Positions 25,906 through 32,017 of a stretch of DNA of 52,527 nt are shown piece by piece. Source of the DNA: Dehalococcoidia bacterium (GTDB taxonomy: Bacteria; Chloroflexota; Dehalococcoidia; GIF9; AB-539-J10); the NCBI GenBank assembly GCA_035530115.1, contig DATKVL010000107.1:1-52527 (forward strand), written 5' to 3'. The position numbers and the translations under genes are program-made. Under the pieces are notes generated by a model. The model saw nothing but the letters and a program-made list of their open reading frames with translations, ran no database searches and was not told the DNA's origin. The first letter of the stretch is position 1. Each line of letters begins with the position of its first letter.

Positions 25906-26859
25906 ATGAAATGTCTCGTAACCGGGTCCGTTGGCTTCATTGGAAGCCATCTAGTTAACTACCTGAAATCCAAGGGGCACTGGGTAAGAGGGGCCGACAT
26001 AAAAAGTAGAAGCGATTGCTACCTAGAAACCAAGGAAGACGAGTTTCTACAGATCGATTTGAGGCTCTTCGAGAACGCGGTTTCCGCCCTAACCGACGTT
26101 GACTGGGTCTTCAACTTGGCGGCCGACATGGGGGGCATAGGCTACATCACCGAGTACAACGCCCCGATAATGCATAACAATTCCCTTATCAACCTCAACA
26201 TGCTTAAGGCATCCCGCCTCGCCGATGTGAACCGCTACTTCTTCAGCAGCTCGGCGTGTACCTACAACCGCGACCTCCAAGCGGAACCTCATTCCCCGCC
26301 CCTTAAGGAGAGCAGTGTATTACCGGCCCACCCAGATTCGGCCTACGGGTGGGAAAAGCTGTACGCCGAATTGCTTTGCAAGAGCTACGAACATGACTAC
26401 GGGCTTCCCGTTCGGATTGCCCGATTCCACAATATTTACGGCACCCACGGGACTTACACGGGAGGGCAGGAGAAGTTCCCGGCCGCGGTCTGCAGAAAGG
26501 TGGCCGAGGCTCCTGATGGGGGCTCGATCATTCTCTGGGGTGACGGCAAACAGAGGCGGAGCTACCTCTGGGTGGACGACTGCTGCGAGGGTTTCTACAG
26601 GCTGACTCAAAGCGGTTTCAGTGATCCGGTTAACATCGGCACGAGTCGGAGCGTCGGCGTGGACGAGCTGGCGCACGTGGTTATGGGGATAGCTGGGAAG
26701 AACCTGACGATTGAACACGATCTCTCGAAACCACAGGGTGTCCGAGGAAGGAACGCAGACTTAACCTTGCTTCGCAAGGTTTTGGATTGGGAGCCAAAAG
26801 TCAGTCTTGAAGATGGTATATCTAAACTCTATCACTGGATTGAAGAACGGGTGAATTAA
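25906..26859 (+). CDS. NAD-dependent nucleotide-sugar epimerase, GDP-mannose 3,5-epimerase-like
   Basis: VTGSVGFIGSHL (GxxGxxG); VFNLAADMGGIGYI, FFSSSACTY, SAYGWEKL (YxxxK), RIARFHNIYG, EKFPAAVCRK, WGDGKQRRS and PQGVRGRNAD parallel the plant/bacterial GME sequence as I recall it. Confidence 0.88.
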   Translation: MKCLVTGSVGFIGSHLVNYLKSKGHWVRGADIKSRSDCYLETKEDEFLQIDLRLFENAVSALTDVDWVFNLAADMGGIGYITEYNAPIMHNNSLINLNMLKASRLADVNRYFFSSSACTYNRDLQAEPHSPPLKESSVLPAHPDSAYGWEKLYAELLCKSYEHDYGLPVRIARFHNIYGTHGTYTGGQEKFPAAVCRKVAEAPDGGSIILWGDGKQRRSYLWVDDCCEGFYRLTQSGFSDPVNIGTSRSVGVDELAHVVMGIAGKNLTIEHDLSKPQGVRGRNADLTLLRKVLDWEPKVSLEDGISKLYHWIEERVN

Positions 26860-26875
26860 GAGCTAAAGCTGAACG

Positions 26876-27880
26876 ATGTTATCAGGAAACCCTAAAATGA
26901 AAATCCTGTTTCTAAGACGCCGATGCGAGGGCCTCGTAGGCGCACCAGGAAAGTATCATGAGTTCGAGCAAGCGGTCGGTAAACTAGCAGAATGCCAATG
27001 GGCGGGAGAAGGGTGGCCCCTGCATAAGCCGAACGAGTTCATGAATGAAACCGTGAAACGGGTGATGCCGGACGCCGACTGGGTGTTCGATAGGGACGAC
27101 GGATTCAACCCGCCGAGCAACCGACACTATAAAGTCGGCGCCTTCCTCTCAGATCTACACGGAAAATGGAGTAAAAACATTCAAACCCCACGCGGTTTTG
27201 TGAACTTGATAAACACCGCTGGATACGACGCCGTGTTCCTGAAGTATCTTCACATCTACGGAACCTCGGCGCCTCCAGACCTGTTTCTTAAGAGCCTCAA
27301 TCCCCGCGTATATTTCCTTCCTTGGAGCGTGGACCCAGATAAATTCAAGCCGCTTGAGAAGACGATAGATGCAGCGTTCCTCGGAAGGAAGGGACCCGTT
27401 TACCCGCTTAGAAACAGGTTGTGGAGGGAACTACCCCAATTCTGCGGGGAACGGAGGCTACGGCTGCTTATGAGGGAGCCCCCTAAGCTGGAAAGCTTCA
27501 AGAGAAAAATAAGCGATTACAAGGGGGATAGTCGCTACATTGTCGGTGAAGACTACGAGAAAACGCTAGGGCAGACGAGGATGCTTCTCTTCGGCTCCAG
27601 CAGATACCGTTATGCTATACAGAAATACACGGAGGGCGCAAGCACGGGATGCTTGGTTATGGCTGACGAGCCTAGCGACGCGGCGGCCCTCGGACTCGTA
27701 GATGGCGAAACCTATGTGACCATCACGGCGACCAACTGGAAGCACAAACTGGATTATTACCTGGGTCACCCCTCTGAGGCTGAACGTATAGCGGGCAACG
27801 GCAGACGCTTAATCTTGGAGCGACACACTCATAGGCATCGAGCTGAAGAGTTTCTGAGGAGTTTAGAAGATGGGCTTTAG
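26876..27880 (+). CDS. Glycosyltransferase, CgeB/Glyco_trans_1_2-like
   Basis: C-terminal KYTEGASTGCLVMADEP...GETYVTI...ERIAGNGRRLILERHTHRHRAEEFL resembles the GT1_2 domain; alternative start ATG 26897. Confidence 0.55.
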   Translation: MLSGNPKMKILFLRRRCEGLVGAPGKYHEFEQAVGKLAECQWAGEGWPLHKPNEFMNETVKRVMPDADWVFDRDDGFNPPSNRHYKVGAFLSDLHGKWSKNIQTPRGFVNLINTAGYDAVFLKYLHIYGTSAPPDLFLKSLNPRVYFLPWSVDPDKFKPLEKTIDAAFLGRKGPVYPLRNRLWRELPQFCGERRLRLLMREPPKLESFKRKISDYKGDSRYIVGEDYEKTLGQTRMLLFGSSRYRYAIQKYTEGASTGCLVMADEPSDAAALGLVDGETYVTITATNWKHKLDYYLGHPSEAERIAGNGRRLILERHTHRHRAEEFLRSLEDGL

Positions 27881-27930
27881 AGATGGAGCACGTAGAACCA
27901 TAAAACGGTAACAGGAGAACGTGAGTTAAA

Positions 27931-28602
27931 ATGGCAGCGATTAGATATTGTTCGACCCTAGATGTTAGCATCCTTGGGCAAGTTGAATGGCAGCAACTTG
28001 GCTTCGGATCCATCACCTACTTCAATGACTGGGTGCATGGCACCCTCATCTACAAAGCCATGGACTTCATAGACAACTATTGCCGCCACAACTTTCAGCT
28101 CAACGCGGGAACCATCACAATGGATGGCACGGGAAAGGAGACCCAACACATCCCACCCCACGCCAAAACGACGGGGTTAATGCCACCCCCCTCCTCGGCT
28201 CCATTGACTTCAACGCTTCCCGTCAACCTAATGCCAATCCCTCTCATGGAAATAACGGAAATCAAAATTGAGGGAGTAACACAAACACTAACGAACTTCC
28301 AAACCTATACCGCCCACATCACCCATAGAGACAACGTTTTCGCCCAAGGACGGCAGAACGTCGCGGTCATCGCCACATTCGGCTACGGAACCATTCCACA
28401 CGACATCCAATACGTTTGTGCAGAGTTATGCTCAAACATCATGGCAGACATGATTAGAAGGCGGACACTCGGCGACCTCATAACACCAGTCCTAGAAGGC
28501 GGCGGAAACCTGAACATGCTTTTCAGGTCACCGAAGGTACTCACAGAAAACGAAAAATCGATCTTAAACAAATATCGTTATCACGCGATGGAGATAACCT
28601 GA
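27931..28602 (+). CDS. Head-tail connector (gp6-like adaptor), putative
   Basis: N-terminus YCSTLDVSILGQ...LIYKAMDFIDNYCRHNF fits the gp6-like Y-x-t-x-x-d-l...A-x-x-x-I-x-x-Y-x-x-r-x-F pattern. Confidence 0.5.
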   Translation: MAAIRYCSTLDVSILGQVEWQQLGFGSITYFNDWVHGTLIYKAMDFIDNYCRHNFQLNAGTITMDGTGKETQHIPPHAKTTGLMPPPSSAPLTSTLPVNLMPIPLMEITEIKIEGVTQTLTNFQTYTAHITHRDNVFAQGRQNVAVIATFGYGTIPHDIQYVCAELCSNIMADMIRRRTLGDLITPVLEGGGNLNMLFRSPKVLTENEKSILNKYRYHAMEIT

Positions 28603-29096
28603 TGGCAACGACCACGATCCCAGAGGAGATCATCGCGTCGCTCGCGACGAACTGGGGTTTACTAACGCCCCTTGACGCCGGGCATCTGCATTTTGACGTG
28701 GGTTGGGTGGACCGGAAGCAGCTTAGAGCCACGAACGTGAACGCCCAGATAATCGTCAGCGGCCCGATAGCGTCTCCTATCAGGTATTTCGGATCCGATC
28801 TAGGAGTCGCGCCGGGCACACTGCTTCCGGGGCTGGTCTTGATGAGTTTCCACCGGTACGTGGTGAACGTCTGGGTGCCAATCCCACCGGGCGACGAGAC
28901 GGATACTTGGCGCGACTACGCTGAGCAGATACGGTACGAGGTTGTCCGAATACTGAATGAGGAGAGGACTAACTTCACCTGCACCAAGATAGCTTTCGAG
29001 ATCCCGCTTGACGAGGGCGTAGCGCACCACGAGATGGATGCGTCGCCAAGGATTCTGCGTTACGAAATAACTTTTCAGGTGAATCATGTCAGTTAA
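28602..29096 (+). CDS. Hypothetical neck/tail structural protein
   Basis: ORF track 164 aa, ATGA overlap; its last 10 codons (EITFQVNHVS*) are duplicated at the end of the downstream endonuclease ORF. Confidence 0.5.
   Translation: MATTTIPEEIIASLATNWGLLTPLDAGHLHFDVGWVDRKQLRATNVNAQIIVSGPIASPIRYFGSDLGVAPGTLLPGLVLMSFHRYVVNVWVPIPPGDETDTWRDYAEQIRYEVVRILNEERTNFTCTKIAFEIPLDEGVAHHEMDASPRILRYEITFQVNHVS
29064..29096 (+). repeat. Direct repeat copy 1 (gaaataacttttcaggtgaatcatgtcagttaa)
   Basis: 27/33 identical to 29843..29875; both encode EITFQVNH(V/I)S-stop. Confidence 0.85.
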
Positions 29097-29113
29097 ATGA
29101 GGTACAAGAAACT

Positions 29114-29875
29114 ATGTATAAACAAGGGTTTAAACACTCTGAAGAAACCAAGAGAAAAATGTCCGAGAGTCACCTGAAAAACCCTACACGTTATTGGCTG
29201 GATAAGAAACTATCCGAAGAACATAAAATAAAAATAAGTAATGCCCATAAAGGAAAAACACTATCTAAAGAACACAAACAAAAAATTAGCAGGGTTTTAA
29301 AAGGTATTATTACATGGAATAAAGGGCAAAAAGGAATATACTCAGAGGATCATAGAAGAAAAATAAGTACATCCTCGAAGGGAAACAAACATAATAAGGA
29401 CCGCAAGGCTTCTGAAGATACAAAACGAAGAATGTCGGATGCTCAAAAGAAAATAACTCATTCGGGTAGATTTAAAAAGGGAAACATGCACCGCTATTAT
29501 GAAAAAACATTTTCAGAAGAACATAAAAATAAAATTCGAGAAGCTAGACTAAAACAGGTTTTTCCCCAAAAGGATACTTCTATTGAAGTCGCTATGCAAA
29601 ACGAATTAACCCAACGAGGAATTATTTACGAGAAGCATCTTCCGGTTTGCGGGGTGTGCCAGCCTGACATAGTTTTTCCAGAGAGAAAGATCATTATTCA
29701 ATGCGATGGTGATTACTGGCATAACTTGCCTGAGATGGTCGAGAAGGATAGAAGGCAGGACAAGGCTCTTAGAGCGAATGGGTGGCAGGTTCTTCGTTTC
29801 TGGGAGCACGAAATTAAAGATAATGTTCAAAGATGTGTAGATGAAATAACGTTCCAGGTAAACCATATTAGTTAA
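29114..29875 (+). CDS. Homing endonuclease: six NUMOD3-like repeats plus a Vsr/DUF559-type PD-(D/E)xK nuclease domain
   Basis: Repeats such as GFKHSEETKRKMSESH, KLSEEHKIKISNAHKG and TLSKEHKQKISRVLKG; C-terminal QPDIVFPERKIIIQCDGDYWH...ANGWQVLRFWEHEI. Confidence 0.8.
   Translation: MYKQGFKHSEETKRKMSESHLKNPTRYWLDKKLSEEHKIKISNAHKGKTLSKEHKQKISRVLKGIITWNKGQKGIYSEDHRRKISTSSKGNKHNKDRKASEDTKRRMSDAQKKITHSGRFKKGNMHRYYEKTFSEEHKNKIREARLKQVFPQKDTSIEVAMQNELTQRGIIYEKHLPVCGVCQPDIVFPERKIIIQCDGDYWHNLPEMVEKDRRQDKALRANGWQVLRFWEHEIKDNVQRCVDEITFQVNHIS
29843..29875 (+). repeat. Direct repeat copy 2 (gaaataacgttccaggtaaaccatattagttaa)
   Basis: See 29064..29096; five of the six differences are silent wobble changes and one gives V->I. 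Confidence 0.85.
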
Positions 29876-29891
29876 GTTTGGAGTTGAGACT

Positions 29892-30173
29892 ATGGAGAAA
29901 GTAAGAATCGGAGAAGGTATCCGAAGATACACGTTTGACGAGTTGAAGGAGGAGATGACTGAGGAGGACGCCCTGTTCGCAGGGACCGCCGCCTTCGTCA
30001 TATCTATGAACTGGATCGACTACCAGCGGCTTAAGAAGCATCTGAGCATGATCCCGGAGTTCAGGGTAGTGTACAAGACCTTTTCGACCACCCATCTTCG
30101 AATCGTCAAAGTAGAGCAGTACGACGAATATCTTTTATGGCGGAAAAATAAGGAGAATAAAGATGGAATATAA
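29892..30173 (+). CDS. Hypothetical structural-module protein
   Basis: ORF track 93 aa; GC-rich except the last ~40 nt, which are AT-rich like the downstream HNH gene. Confidence 0.5.
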   Translation: MEKVRIGEGIRRYTFDELKEEMTEEDALFAGTAAFVISMNWIDYQRLKKHLSMIPEFRVVYKTFSTTHLRIVKVEQYDEYLLWRKNKENKDGI

Positions 30174-30861
30174 TAGCGAGTTCATTCAAAAACTAATTGA
30201 AAGACCGATGTTCAGTGTACTAGAAGAGGCTTATAATATACGGGATAGACAGAGTGCAGTTTGTCGTTATTGGGCATACACAGAATCAGAAAAGACGCAT
30301 CGACAAAAGCTACAAAAACAATATTATTTAGAAAATAGAAACAAAATATTAAAACAAAAGAAAGAATACTGCCAGAAAAACAAGGTCAAAAGACTAAGCA
30401 AGGCAAAGGAATATTATTTAGAGAATAGAGATAAAATAAAGAATTATCAAAAACAACACCGCGAAGAAAACGAACCTAGACTTCTTCAAGAGTCAAGAGA
30501 TCGTTATCAGAAAAATAGAGATAGAAATTTACTTTACGCAAAGAAGCGACACCAAATGAATAAAGAAACGGATAATAAAAAATCAAGGAATCGTCGCAAA
30601 GAGATGCGTTTAGAGATCTTAAAAATTCTAGGCGGCGAATGTCAAAGATGTGGTATTACCGATCATCGAGTTTTACAAATAGATCACGTATGTGGTGGTG
30701 GAAAAAAGGAACTCAAAAAAGGTGGAAATTACCACGTAATGAAAAACATTATTAAAAACCCAGAATGCAAACATAAATACCAGTTATTATGTGCAAACTG
30801 CAACTGGATAAAAAGGCATGAAAATAAAGAGTATCAAAAAGGACGAATTAGAGATAACTAG
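30163..30861 (+). CDS. HNH homing endonuclease
   Basis: CQRCGITDHRVLQIDHV...YQLLCANCNWIKRHEN (HNH motif); N-terminal YYLENRxKI repeats; AT-rich island. Confidence 0.85.
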   Translation: MEYNSEFIQKLIERPMFSVLEEAYNIRDRQSAVCRYWAYTESEKTHRQKLQKQYYLENRNKILKQKKEYCQKNKVKRLSKAKEYYLENRDKIKNYQKQHREENEPRLLQESRDRYQKNRDRNLLYAKKRHQMNKETDNKKSRNRRKEMRLEILKILGGECQRCGITDHRVLQIDHVCGGGKKELKKGGNYHVMKNIIKNPECKHKYQLLCANCNWIKRHENKEYQKGRIRDN

Positions 30862-30879
30862 AGTGGAGGAAACATAGAG

Positions 30880-31437
30880 ATGAATGAAATAGGTGACCTA
30901 GATCTATCAGAGGAACAGCTTAAGCGTAAGCTTAAGACAATGAAAACCCAGCCAAAGGAAAAGGAGAAACCAGAGGCCCCTAAGAAGAAGACGCGTGCAG
31001 AGGAAAACATTGAGCGGGAGGCGAGGCTTGAGGGCGCCGTGGATACGGAGGAGAATGAAGAGTCCGCCGACACAGCGGCGCAACTATCCATCCGCGACCG
31101 GTTGATGCGGCGAACCGAGAAGACGGTGTTCAAGACGGTGTTCAGGGATGACCTCGGTGACTTCGCCGTTGAGACCCGGCTGATGACGAGCAGTGAACGC
31201 AGCGACGCGTTGAGGATGAACCAGATGCTTGGGCAGGGTCGGGAGGATCTTTCTAAATACGATGAAGCCATCAAAGGACTGAAGGAGCTTGCCGCGGAGA
31301 TATGTGTGACGCCGGGGCTGGACGAGTACCTGAGATCAGGTGACGTCGGCGACGACGTCGTCGTCGCGATGGTGCTGAGAAGCGTCTACGGGACCCTGGA
31401 AAAGGTGGGGGAAGCCACATCCTTTCGCAAGGAGTAA
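30880..31437 (+). CDS. Hypothetical protein (possible tail assembly chaperone)
   Basis: ORF track 185 aa; Lys/Glu-rich N-terminus; a downstream ORF overlaps in the +1 frame. Confidence 0.45.
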   Translation: MNEIGDLDLSEEQLKRKLKTMKTQPKEKEKPEAPKKKTRAEENIEREARLEGAVDTEENEESADTAAQLSIRDRLMRRTEKTVFKTVFRDDLGDFAVETRLMTSSERSDALRMNQMLGQGREDLSKYDEAIKGLKELAAEICVTPGLDEYLRSGDVGDDVVVAMVLRSVYGTLEKVGEATSFRKE

Positions 31438-31453
31438 TGTCGGCCAGTTCTAT

Positions 31454-31597
31454 ATGGAGCTATGCAGCGTCACCGGTATGACTCTCCGCGAGCTCGGGGA
31501 GCTTCGACGGGTGGATCCTGAGCAATATGCGTTCCTTGAGGAAGGCCTTGCGGAGCGTAATAGGCGTATCATTCAGAGCCGTAGGAGTAGAAGATAA
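31454..31597 (+). CDS. Small hypothetical protein (47 aa), or the frameshift extension of 30880..31437
   Basis: MELCSVTGMTLRELGELRRVDPEQYAFLEEGLAERNRRIIQSRRSRR; its frame is open from 31379, overlapping the upstream ORF. Confidence 0.35.
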   Translation: MELCSVTGMTLRELGELRRVDPEQYAFLEEGLAERNRRIIQSRRSRR

Positions 31598-31600
31598 GCG

Positions 31601-32017
31601 ATGAGTCTCAGATTTTCTATAAAATGGGATAACCTCGACAACTACAGTAGATACCTAGCTTCAGATATGCCTCAGGCATTCGAGGAATCCGTCGTGGAGG
31701 CTCTGGATAAGGGTGCTGACGCCGCACGGGATCGGGCTAAGGAACTTGTCGCTGTTGACACGGGGTCACTACAGAAGAGCATCCGTAAAGAACGCCACGC
31801 GTGGCCCGCAGGTAACATCACTTACGTGGGGATCAGGGCAGGCGGCTATGTGGTGAACCCGAAGACTAAGCGGCTCGTCGACTATGCGATTTATGTTGAG
31901 TATGGCACAAGCAGGCAAAGGCCACAGCCATACATGAGGCCGGCGATCATATGGGCATCCAAGCAGATCGAGGGAAACTTCTGGAAGGCGTTAAGCAGGC
32001 GAGTAAAAGTTGAGTGA
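31601..32017 (+). CDS. HK97 gp10-family neck/tail-completion protein
   Basis: VAVDTGSLQKSIRKE...DYAIYVEYGTSRQRPQPYMRPAI matches the TIGR01725-type pattern (vDTG-L-x-S...YA-x-x-vEyGT...P-pfm-pA). Confidence 0.75.
   Translation: MSLRFSIKWDNLDNYSRYLASDMPQAFEESVVEALDKGADAARDRAKELVAVDTGSLQKSIRKERHAWPAGNITYVGIRAGGYVVNPKTKRLVDYAIYVEYGTSRQRPQPYMRPAIIWASKQIEGNFWKALSRRVKVE

Larger units (their letters stand above)
29097..29875 (+). mobile_element. Free-standing homing-endonuclease insertion bounded by a duplicated gene 3' end
   Basis: AT-rich island (15/60 G+C in 29221-29280) in a GC-rich module; flanking 33-nt direct repeats. Confidence 0.65.
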
